The notes beneath the pieces were generated by a model. The model was not told where the DNA came from. It saw only the letters and a list, made by a program, of their open reading frames with translations, and did not search any database. Shown here one piece after another: positions 10,476 through 22,400 of a stretch of 64,000 nucleotides of DNA. Made by a program: the position numbers and the translations under genes. Position 1 is the first letter of the stretch. Each line of letters starts with the position of its first letter. This stretch comes from a virus, in IMG/VR virus record IMGVR_UViG_3300016471_000863, one strand, 5' to 3'.

Positions 10476-12938
10476 TTAAATAATCACTAAATTAGTTTTT
10501 GTTGCAGTACCAGGGCTATAATCAAAATATATAGGAATAATTGAATATGTTAGCGCACCAGACTCCCCGTTTGTTAATTTATCTAAAAATTGAAAATAAT
10601 TTGAATTAGTAATATTATGTGCCTTTCCAATTATTGTCTGCATTTCTAGTATATTCAATACTATAACAAAATGATCAATTTTTCCAATGTTTCCTAAAAC
10701 TTTCCATTGAATTAATACTTCATCTTTTTTCGTTCTCGTAGCTTTTACATCGGAAATCGATGGTAAAGTATCTGCCAGAGAAAGAGTTACAGATTTTATT
10801 TCCACTACTCTGCCAAAAGTAAAATCATTTTTTGCATGATTTGAAGCCAAAGTTCTTTCGGTGACAATATTGCCAGCAGTTAACGTTACAGGCTGTAGCC
10901 ATCTAGATGGACGAAAACTATAAGAAAGATTTTGACTTGTAGCTACCGTCCTAGTTAATTTAGGAAGCAGAGTCTCTGGGTTTCTTAAATATGCAGTAAC
11001 TGTATATCGATATTCAAATCCAGATTTAATTGGAGAAATTCCTTTAGGTTTCCCATATTTTAAGTCAGAAAAATTTAAACTATCTATTATTCCGAAAGAA
11101 TCCACTTGATTTGTAGTTACATTTGTTCTTGTTACACCAAAGGAAAATAATTTATTTAAATTTTCTCTATTTTCAAATATATCTTGATTAAATTGTGAAA
11201 TAAGATTTTGCTCTGTTAATAGTTTTTTAACTAATTCAAAAGAATTTGATATATAAGACCACTTAATATTAAAAACTGCATCAAAATTTTGACCAGATTC
11301 TACTACATTAGCATCATTTAATTCTATAGAAAGAATATTATTTGTTATTGGACTATATTCTACGATAATATTATTTGCTGATTTTTCGATTGTACCATCC
11401 TTGTATTCGACTTCGCAAATATATTCATATATTCTATCTTTTTTCACATCATAATCTTCATATGCGATTACATTTGTTGTATTCCCTTCGATATTAAAAT
11501 TTTCTCCAACTTGCACGAAATCTTTCTGTAGAATTTTTTTATCTCTTTTTAAAATACGTAAAATTTTAGGACCAGATGGTACACTGTTAATTTCAATACC
11601 AATGCTCTGAGCATTAATTGTCGCATTAAATCCTACAAAATATTGTTTTCTTTTTTTATTTATATTTTTAGAAATTTGTGAAGTATCAAATTTTATAACT
11701 TTACTTGTGAAAACTGCGGATAAAATTCCGTTTGAATTTACCGGTATAAACCTATAGATTATAGGATGCAAGCTCGCAGCTACATCTTCAAATCGCTGAT
11801 ATCCTTTTTCTTTATTCAAATCAATTTTACCAACAAAATTATATACAGAATCTGTATTTACGACGGTTGGCTTTAATTCTTTTTTGTAAATGTTTATAGC
11901 AACTGCATTTTCATCTTCTTGTTTGACTAAAAAAGATACTTTGCCAGGTTTATTTGCCCCTAAATCAATAACTGAAGGAGGCTCAGTTGGAATATTAATT
12001 GTAGTTAAATTATTTCCATGATTTACGTACACGGATTCAATTTCAAGAGTAGTTTTAGCATTTTGCAATTCAAAAATGACATAAAATTCATTATCTGTAA
12101 TTGCAGTGGAAGGAATTTCTATTTTTTCCGTAACTTCAACATAAGTTATTTGTTTATTAACTAATATATTGAGATAATCGGTTCCATTTAATTCTGTTTG
12201 CGAAGTTAATATTGTTTTATTTAGGAAATTTTCTACTAAAGTAGAAGCGCCTGGATTGTTTTGTAATAATTTTTGATTATAATATGGTTTATTTACGATA
12301 GTACCATCTATTACCTTCTGAGCACTGACAATAGTATTTGTTTTCAATCCATATAAATTAGCAGGATCTATGTTTTTCTCATAAAGTAGATAATTTGCTT
12401 GATTTTTTATAAATTGAGTATTTTCTGTAGGTGTAGAATTGCTATTTGCATCAATCTTATTCAGATTCATCTCAAGAACTGGTAAATTTAAATTTGAATT
12501 ATTTAATTCTTCTACTGGAGCTGGGGATAATTGTTTTATATTTTTAATTGCTATTGTTTGCTTTGTGTTAGCGTTACTCAAAGTACCAGTTAAATTATTC
12601 GGAATTTTACTAGTAATATCAGATTTTTGAGACAAAATATATTCCGTTTTTTGTTGTCTTACATAATCTTTTTGTTTTGATTTTTTTTGTAAAATATTAA
12701 GAACAATATTTTCATTAGAGTTTTTACCATTAGCAAAAACTGGGTTTATTTTTTTAATATAGGGTTTTGTAGATATGTGAATCATTACAGTAAAAGCATT
12801 AGACTGAACTGCCTTTACCGGATCTACGCGATATGTTATTTCGTATACGAATTTACCATTTTTAGATATTTCGCTTAAAATAGCGAAATTTTCCGGTATT
12901 TCTAGGTATCCTCTATCTCTTTTGGCAAAAATTTTCAT
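10476..12938 (-). CDS. Putative structural protein with tandem Fn3/Ig-like beta-sandwiches
   Basis: Repeated 'D...YxY' sandwich patterns (YEDYDVKKDRIYEY, FEYRYTVTAY, LTYSIIPIY). Confidence 0.5.
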   Translation of the reverse strand: MKIFAKRDRGYLEIPENFAILSEISKNGKFVYEITYRVDPVKAVQSNAFTVMIHISTKPYIKKINPVFANGKNSNENIVLNILQKKSKQKDYVRQQKTEYILSQKSDITSKIPNNLTGTLSNANTKQTIAIKNIKQLSPAPVEELNNSNLNLPVLEMNLNKIDANSNSTPTENTQFIKNQANYLLYEKNIDPANLYGLKTNTIVSAQKVIDGTIVNKPYYNQKLLQNNPGASTLVENFLNKTILTSQTELNGTDYLNILVNKQITYVEVTEKIEIPSTAITDNEFYVIFELQNAKTTLEIESVYVNHGNNLTTINIPTEPPSVIDLGANKPGKVSFLVKQEDENAVAINIYKKELKPTVVNTDSVYNFVGKIDLNKEKGYQRFEDVAASLHPIIYRFIPVNSNGILSAVFTSKVIKFDTSQISKNINKKRKQYFVGFNATINAQSIGIEINSVPSGPKILRILKRDKKILQKDFVQVGENFNIEGNTTNVIAYEDYDVKKDRIYEYICEVEYKDGTIEKSANNIIVEYSPITNNILSIELNDANVVESGQNFDAVFNIKWSYISNSFELVKKLLTEQNLISQFNQDIFENRENLNKLFSFGVTRTNVTTNQVDSFGIIDSLNFSDLKYGKPKGISPIKSGFEYRYTVTAYLRNPETLLPKLTRTVATSQNLSYSFRPSRWLQPVTLTAGNIVTERTLASNHAKNDFTFGRVVEIKSVTLSLADTLPSISDVKATRTKKDEVLIQWKVLGNIGKIDHFVIVLNILEMQTIIGKAHNITNSNYFQFLDKLTNGESGALTYSIIPIYFDYSPGTATKTNLVII

Positions 12939-12939
12939 A

Positions 12940-13899
12940 TCAAGAAAAGATTAATGTAAACATGTTAACAAAGGTAGACGAACCATTGTTATCGATAAAT
13001 ATCTTACCGGCAAAAAATACATGTTTTGTTGTTTTTTCATTTTCACCAGGAAATAGACCAAAATCAATTACATCTAATTTAATCATTTGTCCTTTTGATA
13101 TTTCAAAAAACTGACATACTAAATTATTTTCTCTAGAAGTTTCTGTAAAATAAATTGAATTTGAATAACCTTTATTTCTCGATTGTTTTAATTCGGATTC
13201 TAAATCCTCATATGTAAGAATTGGTGATTGATTTATGTTAACGTAATCACCTAATGGATTTTTTTCTGTAGAGCCTATTCTTGCTCTATTTACTGGCGGT
13301 AGAAAGCTGAAATTAGGAACGTGACTTAATCTTTTATCTTGAAATAAACTTTCTACTTCATTTATCGTTATCGTCTCTATTCCGTTTGTTTCTATCGGAA
13401 GATTTCCATCAGTTATTTTAAATTTTATTTCTTTAGGATTTATTATAAATTCATTATAATTTACATCTATTGGATCTGGGCTAGCTAAAATTTGTAATTT
13501 TTTGAAATTATCTATACTTGAACTCAATAATACTCCTGCCAAAGAATTAAATTGAGATCCAGAAACAGGAACTTGTTCTTCTCTGTTTGCACCGGATAAA
13601 ATTTGACCATTAGAAATTACAATTTGTTCATTTGCTTGTCCAGGAAACTTTCCAACTAATTTTCCAGAATCATCTGCTTCTAGTGTAATCAGATCCTGTG
13701 GTAAATTTGTTGCCTCAAGACATAAACGATATGTTACATCTAAACCACCAGATATGATTGTATCTAATTGATAGATTGCACCAGAATCTGAAAAAGAATA
13801 ATATTCTGCTTTTAATTTACCAGAGGCAATTTGAGCTCGACCCTCTTGAGTTACAATTGAATCAAATATTCTTTGTTTAGGATTTAAAATTCCAGCCAT
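12940..13899 (-). CDS. Putative structural protein; N-terminus similar to 1907..2620
   Basis: MAGILN...IFDSIVTQEGRAQIASG...YYSFSD aligns by eye with MGFLQ...ILDAVLTDQGRQFL...KFALGD. Confidence 0.55.
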   Translation of the reverse strand: MAGILNPKQRIFDSIVTQEGRAQIASGKLKAEYYSFSDSGAIYQLDTIISGGLDVTYRLCLEATNLPQDLITLEADDSGKLVGKFPGQANEQIVISNGQILSGANREEQVPVSGSQFNSLAGVLLSSSIDNFKKLQILASPDPIDVNYNEFIINPKEIKFKITDGNLPIETNGIETITINEVESLFQDKRLSHVPNFSFLPPVNRARIGSTEKNPLGDYVNINQSPILTYEDLESELKQSRNKGYSNSIYFTETSRENNLVCQFFEISKGQMIKLDVIDFGLFPGENEKTTKHVFFAGKIFIDNNGSSTFVNMFTLIFS

Positions 13900-13901
13900 T
13901 A

Positions 13902-16652
13902 TTAATCCTCATTTGGTCTATCAAAAAATGGTTGCCCACTTCGATAATATTTGTCATAAATACCACTGTCGTAAGGATTATATGTTGGATTTGTTGCGGT
14001 TACATAATCACGAGACTGAGTATATATTAATGTACCAGAAAGAAAATTAATTTCTATAGGGAAAAATAAAGTTCTTGGAATTGGTATATCTGTATTAGGA
14101 CTAAAATCTGCTTCTGTTAAACTAGCAACTGTAACTCTACCTTCTAATGTATCTCTTAATTGACCAAATTTTCCTCTTCTATTAATTTGTTTAGTAAATG
14201 CGGGTAAAGCATTATATAAGCCATAATGCCAACCACGAATTAGTCCACCGTATATTTTTATGGCTTCCGGTCCTCTCTCTTCCCATCCGTCATATACGTC
14301 CCAAAAAGTATTAATTGGTGCTTTTTCTATTTTTAAATTTCCACCAAATTTTGAACTAGTTTCAAATCCACCATATGGATTTTCTCCAAATTGGAAAGTA
14401 ACACCATCTCCGAATCCAAAAAAATGCTTAAATGGAACAATACTGCTTGGTATAACGTTCTTATGATAATAGTTTTCTGGTTCTAACAGTCCAGTTATTG
14501 GTCGTAATTGCAAAGCCTCGGCAAATTTACAGTTTTTACTTTCAAAATAAGATGCATATAATGCGGAACTACTGTAAATGGTTTCAATGTCAGAAATTTT
14601 TGCAAGAGTAATATTATTAGGAAAAGTATTATATTCCCAAATATTTCCTCCACCTAAAATCATAGTTTGTAAAGTTTTATATCCTTGATTTACTGAACTC
14701 GGATTTAGAGTTGCCGATGGTACACTAGCTATTCCGCAAAAAAGAGGAAAATTTCCATCCGGATCGTGCGCCCACTGCCTAAATTTTGTACCCCAGTTAG
14801 TTGTTTTATTTGCGAATTCAGACCAATTTTGTCCGTCATCTGTGCTATAGTATATTACTGGCTGATCAGACGATGTTGGATTAATCGATGTTCCTGAATA
14901 TCCAACTAAAAACCATTGTATATTTGAATCTGTTCTTTTAACCGGTATTACTTTTTTCCATGTAACACCACTGGGTAATCCAATTACTGCTGTCCAAGGA
15001 GATATTACAGGTGCGTTATTTTTTGTTGCCCTGTATGCAACGCCGTTTGTACCAGCAACAATTATCGTGCTGCTTGCAGAAGAAGATGGTCGAGCAGCAA
15101 TAGTATTAAAATCTTCAGTTATCGCTGGAGAGATTGATACGTTGTTCCATGGCAAAACGGTTCCTATATATTCTGTGCTATGTACAATTGTTCCATCATT
15201 ACCACAGGCAAACCAACGTGCTGCTGTTGCAGTTGAAGTTAAACTTATCGTAACGTCATTTAATTGTTTATTTGTTACCGGAGAGGCAATATATAGTATT
15301 GAATTCGGAGCCATAGTCGGTGCTCGATCAGCAATTAATATAAGTGGTAACGTAGAACTGTTATTTCTTCTTCCAACCATGCAAAACTTACCATCACCGT
15401 CACTCATATATGCATATGGATCATTAAATGCAATTGAGCTTATGTTAAGTTGAGTTGATACTGGCAATCCAGCCACGTATCCTCCAGTTGCTAAGTCTCC
15501 ATTGCTGTAATAAGTCCAATCTGAAGGAGTATCTGTATATGGAATTTTTTTACTTACATTTTGTATGTATATGCCTCCACCCGTTGCGCCAACCCTGGTA
15601 TTAACAATAATGTATCTTCTGTGTCGCCCAGTAGTAGCTATTCCGGTTCCATCAACAGAATATGATATTTGATCAAATTGCCCAACAATATCACCAATGC
15701 TAATGTTAGTAGTTTGTATTAGTTTATCATTAGTATTAAGTCCAGATAGCGGAAACCATTTGATTCCATTAAAAGAATAAGCCATACCAAATTTTCTTCC
15801 AACAGAAACATACACATCTTTCACGAAACCATTTACGGCATCTCCGGTACTAGAATTATATATTATATTACGTAAATCTTCTGCTGCCGGTAGATTACAA
15901 TGTTCAAAAAATAAGGTATTCGCATTTGATCCAGAGGTAACAAATAATATAGGGGATTTTATTATACCGCCATCTGTACTGGGACCAAAATTTATTGGAA
16001 GAGCCCAATATAAGGATCCTATGTGAGTACACAATGTACTTGGTATAGCGATTCCATCTAAGCTTTTCGCAATACTGGGTATATTTTCATATAACCTATT
16101 ATTAAACACAGATTGTCTGAGTATATTTTTGTATTTTGATTGATATGACCATGGACTTTCTTTCCATGAAAAGTTAATAAATTCATATGATGCATTAGAA
16201 GAAAGTATACTTCGCGAACCAATAGGACCAATTATAATTGGTATATTTGTTTCTGGTATCAAAGGTCTATTATGTATAGAGCTGTCTGATAAAAATCCAT
16301 ATTTTGAATTATTTGCTATCGTTGAGCCAAAGCTCGGTATTTTTGCATCTAGAGAATATAAAGATAATAAATCTGGAGGTATTGAATCATAATAGCGTTC
16401 ATTTGATATGCCCTGGTTGTATATGTTTTGGGTTATGGTTCCGCCTTTTGAACCGGAAATATAGTCCAACCTGTCTAAATAAGTAAAATTAATTAAATTA
16501 ATGTTATTATTTAATCCTGTATTTTTGCTTCCGATATATAAAGCAAGTGCGGTTGAACTGCTCAAAATAGGATTGATAACATTAATATTATCTGTATAGC
16601 TGCCGCTGTAAGAAAAAACTGGTTCAACTTCATATTGATCAAAGACAGGCAT
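13902..16652 (-). CDS. Beta-propeller (Asp-box/BNR-like) tail fibre or receptor-binding-type protein
   Basis: YSTDDGQNW and YSFNGIKW Asp-box-like motifs; ACGNDGTIVHS and VAGTNGVAYR blade repeats. Confidence 0.6.
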   Translation of the reverse strand: MPVFDQYEVEPVFSYSGSYTDNINVINPILSSSTALALYIGSKNTGLNNNINLINFTYLDRLDYISGSKGGTITQNIYNQGISNERYYDSIPPDLLSLYSLDAKIPSFGSTIANNSKYGFLSDSSIHNRPLIPETNIPIIIGPIGSRSILSSNASYEFINFSWKESPWSYQSKYKNILRQSVFNNRLYENIPSIAKSLDGIAIPSTLCTHIGSLYWALPINFGPSTDGGIIKSPILFVTSGSNANTLFFEHCNLPAAEDLRNIIYNSSTGDAVNGFVKDVYVSVGRKFGMAYSFNGIKWFPLSGLNTNDKLIQTTNISIGDIVGQFDQISYSVDGTGIATTGRHRRYIIVNTRVGATGGGIYIQNVSKKIPYTDTPSDWTYYSNGDLATGGYVAGLPVSTQLNISSIAFNDPYAYMSDGDGKFCMVGRRNNSSTLPLILIADRAPTMAPNSILYIASPVTNKQLNDVTISLTSTATAARWFACGNDGTIVHSTEYIGTVLPWNNVSISPAITEDFNTIAARPSSSASSTIIVAGTNGVAYRATKNNAPVISPWTAVIGLPSGVTWKKVIPVKRTDSNIQWFLVGYSGTSINPTSSDQPVIYYSTDDGQNWSEFANKTTNWGTKFRQWAHDPDGNFPLFCGIASVPSATLNPSSVNQGYKTLQTMILGGGNIWEYNTFPNNITLAKISDIETIYSSSALYASYFESKNCKFAEALQLRPITGLLEPENYYHKNVIPSSIVPFKHFFGFGDGVTFQFGENPYGGFETSSKFGGNLKIEKAPINTFWDVYDGWEERGPEAIKIYGGLIRGWHYGLYNALPAFTKQINRRGKFGQLRDTLEGRVTVASLTEADFSPNTDIPIPRTLFFPIEINFLSGTLIYTQSRDYVTATNPTYNPYDSGIYDKYYRSGQPFFDRPNED

Positions 16653-16653
16653 A

Positions 16654-18402
16654 TTATTCCATTACCTCATGTATACAATCAGATGATAACAATTGATTTG
16701 TTCCATCGTTATATTCTTGCCCTTCTCTTACGTAGGAGCCATATAGTGTTACTTTTGCAGGTCCAGCAGCAATTGTATACACCGAGGAAGTAAGTGGCGC
16801 TGGTGAAACGGATACGTTTCCAATAAATTCATAATCGTCTAAAGTAGCTGCTGCCCAACCAAATACAATATTATCCGTTGGTAAGAGTAAATATGGACAT
16901 ATTTTACTATATTCATTCGAATTTACTACTGGAACTCTTATCCCACTATAGGTTGGCGTATAATAACTATCAGGATTTATAGCAGCAATTGGACTTAAAT
17001 AATTGCGTCCACTTGGAGAACTGAGTCCTAATCCAATGGATCCTCCATTGTTAATATGACCTATACTGTCTGCTGCTATTCCTCCATCAAATACTTGATT
17101 TGCAATAGCTTTTGGAAATGATAAAATATTTTTTTGATCTGTGTCTACATTTCCAAATTTATTTGGGACTTTTATTGAAAAAGATAATTCATATCTTCCG
17201 GACCATAATGATTTTGTTGCATCAAATGTAATATTATCAATTATATTTAAATCCCTTTTCCAAGTTCCGTTGTATAATCCAGTTGGATTTATTGAAGCAG
17301 TATATGCCCATCCAAATGCATTGTTAAAAGAAGCTATCGAACCATATCCAATTAAATCACGAATAGTATTAACATTTCCATCTGGAATTTTAGTCGTTAT
17401 ATATTTTGGATAATCCCAATCATAAAATCCAGAAAATATGCTTCTTTGAGACACGGTGTAAAATCTTTGATTTAGTATAAAAAAATTATTTATAGCATAG
17501 CTACTTGAAAATTCTATAGGATCTCCATTGTAATCAAATTGTTCGCCCTTTTTAAAAACCTCTTCTATTCCAGATTGAAAAGAGCTGGTGAATTCAACAA
17601 CAACTTTTTCTAATAAAAATGGTTCATTTATATAGTTTTTCATTGATAACAATTGCGAACTAGTAGCTGCATATAAAGCATGAAACGGAAACCCAAAAGT
17701 TGTACTTGCAACACCTTTATTTGATGGGTTTAAATCATTGGTCCATGTCATTAAACTTGGAGTAAATGCCATTTTATGGGTTCCAATGTCGTTAGTTTGC
17801 CGAGGTCCATGATTGCCATTTAAGGGTTCCCATGTTTTATTTATGAAATTATAATATGCTAAATTTTTTGTTACACCAGTTCCTTGACAAAAAGAAATTA
17901 ATGAAGTAGAATCTTTGGCAGATAAATCGATTTCTATTTTATTTTTGCTCCAAAGTGGAGAACTAAAACCTTCACCAATATCAGATACTGCACTACCGAT
18001 AGCAAAGAAAGGATTGTTGGTTGATTTACCATCTACAGCCGGTTGATCATTGTCTCTAAATGGAGTAAGGTCTTGACCCGGTGTAAAATGAAAAAACGGT
18101 AAACCATCAACTACCTGAGAACGAACATTACCAGGTGCAACAATGCTAGAAGTTAAATCATTTGATGAGCTATTAGTTAACCATATATTTCCAACTGGAA
18201 ATCCTATACCTGGCAGATACGTATTTGATGATGTAAACACTACAGAATATCGATCATTAAAATTAATATTATAATCGCCGGTTCTGCCGTCTATAGAAAA
18301 CCTGACATTAGTAGGATATGATCCGGTAAGTGCATCTCGTTGTTGCAACTGAATACGTGGTGGAAGCATCCTTATTCTTGTTTTTTTCTCTTGTCTAGAC
18401 AT
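16654..18402 (-). CDS. Hypothetical structural protein
   Basis: ORF 16654..18426; the ATG at 18402 (MSRQEKK) avoids overlap with the upstream gene. Confidence 0.5.
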   Translation of the reverse strand: MSRQEKKTRIRMLPPRIQLQQRDALTGSYPTNVRFSIDGRTGDYNINFNDRYSVVFTSSNTYLPGIGFPVGNIWLTNSSSNDLTSSIVAPGNVRSQVVDGLPFFHFTPGQDLTPFRDNDQPAVDGKSTNNPFFAIGSAVSDIGEGFSSPLWSKNKIEIDLSAKDSTSLISFCQGTGVTKNLAYYNFINKTWEPLNGNHGPRQTNDIGTHKMAFTPSLMTWTNDLNPSNKGVASTTFGFPFHALYAATSSQLLSMKNYINEPFLLEKVVVEFTSSFQSGIEEVFKKGEQFDYNGDPIEFSSSYAINNFFILNQRFYTVSQRSIFSGFYDWDYPKYITTKIPDGNVNTIRDLIGYGSIASFNNAFGWAYTASINPTGLYNGTWKRDLNIIDNITFDATKSLWSGRYELSFSIKVPNKFGNVDTDQKNILSFPKAIANQVFDGGIAADSIGHINNGGSIGLGLSSPSGRNYLSPIAAINPDSYYTPTYSGIRVPVVNSNEYSKICPYLLLPTDNIVFGWAAATLDDYEFIGNVSVSPAPLTSSVYTIAAGPAKVTLYGSYVREGQEYNDGTNQLLSSDCIHEVME

Positions 18403-18407
18403 GTTAT

Positions 18408-19307
18408 TCAGCTTCCTCTTAACCAACCAGTAAATGCAATAGAATCTGTGCCATACAGGGATTGCTGCGGACCATATACCGAATATCCAGCAGTAGCAGA
18501 TTTTTGTGTATAGGTTTCTCTTATATCGTCATCTAATTCTATATGTAAAAGTTTTAGCTGGGCAATAAAATCCATGTTTGCAACAGTATCGTCTAAAGAA
18601 GAAGAAATTTGTGCCACTATCTTCTCGTCATTAGTATCGTTAAATGGATCAATATTTCTAATTAAAATAGGTGAATAACCATTTATTATTACAGAAGATG
18701 TTACAGAGGTTCCGAAATATTGTTGTCCATCATCTAGGAAATAATATGGATCTAAAGGTGGGTTGTAATCAATAAATTGTTTTATAAAACTTGACCCCTT
18801 TTTTGGATCTGCAAAGTTATTACCATCTTCTAATTCGGCGTGTACTCCCCTTGGAGGATTTGCACCCCAGATGTAATCTTTTCTATATGGAATTGTAAAA
18901 GGCTCTATTATTGCTTCCTCTTCCTGCATGGGTCCATTGTTAAAATAAATGGGGAATGGATAATTTTTGCCAGAATTAATATATTGAACAGGATCAAAAT
19001 CAATGATCATGTCATCGTAAATTTCATTATTCGTATATTCGGTCCAGCTTCTCGCCTGCCCAAAAGTTGAAATATTTACTATTTGAAAAATATTTCCAGC
19101 CCATAATTTTGGCTGAGTAGAATTATAAAGATATTTGCCTGATGTTATTTCTACGCCTTGACGATAAGGATCAATATTTTTTGTAATATATCCAGAAGAA
19201 ACTTGACTTCTAATTGCAGCCAATATTCCTACAGCAACCTGTTGAGAATCGTCAAACGGTGTAAATCTTAATCCAAGACTACTTTCTACTTGCGCTAATG
19301 TAGACAT
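18408..19307 (-). CDS. Hypothetical structural protein
   Basis: Long ORF in the structural cluster; C-terminal GTDSIAFTGW. Confidence 0.5.
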   Translation of the reverse strand: MSTLAQVESSLGLRFTPFDDSQQVAVGILAAIRSQVSSGYITKNIDPYRQGVEITSGKYLYNSTQPKLWAGNIFQIVNISTFGQARSWTEYTNNEIYDDMIIDFDPVQYINSGKNYPFPIYFNNGPMQEEEAIIEPFTIPYRKDYIWGANPPRGVHAELEDGNNFADPKKGSSFIKQFIDYNPPLDPYYFLDDGQQYFGTSVTSSVIINGYSPILIRNIDPFNDTNDEKIVAQISSSLDDTVANMDFIAQLKLLHIELDDDIRETYTQKSATAGYSVYGPQQSLYGTDSIAFTGWLRGS

Positions 19308-19400
19308 TCATTTCCTATGAAACAGCTAATTCTTAATTATTATTAAAACAAAAAATGAATTATTATAACAATAATTTATTTCTATTTCACATTTTAAAAA

Positions 19401-22400
19401 CTAATATTTTACAAAAGTTCCTGTAAAAAGTTGCAGTAGTATTACTGATCTCAACGCATCTCTATTGCTATCACCAAGATAAATTTCATTATATAAATAT
19501 TCCATCTTTGGACGTTCCAACATATGACTTTGAATTACGAAATTTGTTCCTAAAAATTTAGTTTTTCTCGGAATTAATTGAGCAACGAATGTTCCTATGT
19601 TTGTATCGAACCATTTGAAAAATTCAAAGAAATTTTTTATATTAATCTTATCAACTAATTTATTGAAATAAATTTCTCTTAAGTTTGCTAGCCCTGGATA
19701 ATCTGGCGAAAACAATAATTCTGGGCTTCCTAATACATTATCCAAGCTATCTAATGTTGAAAAGATTGTTATGATATCTTGGTCTAGAGCATCTATTACA
19801 CTAAAATCTATTGTAAATCTTGTATTGTCAGTTGGTAATTCTGATGGAACCAGTTGATAAACTGGGGCTACTTCTGCCCATGGATACAGTTGCACATTTT
19901 CAAATTCTTGAAAACTTCTAACTCTTACCTTGTCTACCGTGCTAGCTTCATCAAATTTTGGTGAAATATAACTGTAATAAAATCTTTCTGGGTTTATTAT
20001 GGACGACGTAGCTGGAAAAGAGGTGCCGGATAAATGAAAATTATTTTGAGTAAAGTCAAAAATGCTTATATTTCCTGCGCTATCTGTTTCTAGATCTATT
20101 TGATCTGTAGATGCATCAATTCTTAATCTTTCCCATGATCCACTTTTATTTGTTATAAAATTAAAATTAGTTGATGGATCTTGAACACCAACTGATTTAT
20201 AATCTAATACGTGCTCTTTCCATTCTTTTTCCGTTATAGATTTAGTCCAAAATCTTATTTGAGTTATTTTTCCATTAAAATCAGTAACACCATGAACTGG
20301 ATTTGATATCATGCTAGCATTTAAAAATGCTGGCAATGTAGTATCTATTGATTGCGATCCTACAGTAAAATAAGAGCCAGAAGCATTAAAATTAGCATTT
20401 AAAACTTGTTGTATATTAGCTCCACCACCTATTGATTCATCAAAATAGGATGATGTTTGAGCCAATTGTAAAATAGAGCCAAAGTTTTGTTTTCCAGCTC
20501 TTAAAAAATATGAAGATGAAACAATGGAGATTGTATCTGGTGGAAATAAATCGTTTCTAGTTCTGCCCAAAGAAACATACCATTGATTACCATCAAATAA
20601 ATCTACCCCTGTCAATGTCATCGTAAGTACAGGGCTAGATGAATTTGTATTTGGTCTTAAAAAGGCATTTAAGGTTCCGTTGTTTGTGCCAGATACGAAT
20701 ACAAGATTTCCCCAAACTTCATTTCCTGAGAGGCTAGAGCCTGTTGTGTTTAATCTTAGTAACGACTGTAATGATTGATATTTTTTATCCTTAGAAAAAA
20801 GATAGGTTGCTTCATAAGTCCAAGAACCAGAAGTAAATAATTCATCATTAGATGTGCCTGTAGGAATTGGTATTCCTGGTTCTATACGTGAAGCACTTAA
20901 AAATGGACTAGTAAGTAAACCACCAGATATAAAAGATAAAGCAGTAGAAACTTCCGAGCGATTGTCTCTTACGAACGATAAAGATCTTTTTGTAGGACCG
21001 CCATATTCTCTTATTCTAAAATTATTATCCGGATCTATTCCTACTGATCTAATAAATGCTTTAACGGAATGTATTGTGCCCTTTGATTGAATAACGTCTT
21101 GTAAATTGTTTAAAATTCTTCTCCAGATTTGATTTTGTATATATTGCAAAGATAAAGTATTAGTACTGATATCATCCTGAATATTTTCTGCATTTAAAAA
21201 TTGTCCAATTGATGCACCAGAAAATAATGGCGGTAAATCAATTCCATAATTTTTTGCAAATTGTAATAAAAACTGATCTGGAACCGTATCGGTTTCGTCA
21301 TAATCAATAAAATTGATATCTGCAAAAGCTTGGATGAACAATTTCATTTCATCAAAGAATTTAGCCCAGGTATAAAGTAATAATAATAATGTTTGTGTGG
21401 CACCGAGCTTTACAGATCTTGGATCTGTTCCACCTTGTAGCGTCGTTACAATTTCTCCCTCTTCAGTTTCTAGGGCACTTTCTATTTGACCTTCGTAAAG
21501 ATAATGAGGAGGTATTAATTTTGTAATCAAGTTTGGATTTTTTTGATCATATATGGAACCACTATACAGCAATTCATATCTCATGTTGCCAACTTCAGGA
21601 TATGATGGAAATAAAACCGGAGAAAATTCTAACTTTTCATAAATCATTGGCGTAGAACCGGCAATCGATCCAGTTGAAACTTCTCTTACTTTTAATGCAA
21701 TTGCAGAATTACTTAATTTACCATGTAAAGAATTAGAAGAGTGATCTATTACTAATGCACTGCTTATATTCGCTGGTTCATTTAATTTATAATAAAGTTT
21801 TAAATTTTCTTTTGCAAAAATTGATTTTTGCATGTATTCATTAATATCTGTTAAATTTCTTACCGTATGCCAAATCCTTAATTCGTCCAATGCACCAGAA
21901 AATGTTGTCTGTGGAGTAAAAAATCCAGTTAGAGTACTTCCAGAACCAATTAACAAATCAGGTTGCGAAGCATACATTTCTTGAAATTCAACACCATAAG
22001 AACTTGAGTTTTGAAAAATTCCATTTTTATATACAAAGCTTTTATAAACGCCTGGAGTTCTGTCCCATATGAATGTAAAATGATTCCAAGAACCCTTTTC
22101 TACTCCTACTGTTAAAGAATCCATCACAGTACCAGACATGACATAAAAACTCATTGAGGTATGCGTTGTTAATACTTCATTTTGTAAACCAATATAAAAT
22201 CCTTGTTTATTTACACCAGACTCTATATGCTTATCTAAGATTACTTGTTCGGTGTTTGCTTTTGCTGGAACAAATAAATAAAATTCGATAGTTAAAGATT
22301 TGTTGCCAGGATTTAATACTTGTGAACCGTTAGTGGTTCTTGAAACTGATGGATAAGAGGCTCCAGCAATGTCTTTGACCGTTATATAAGTTCCCCCAGA

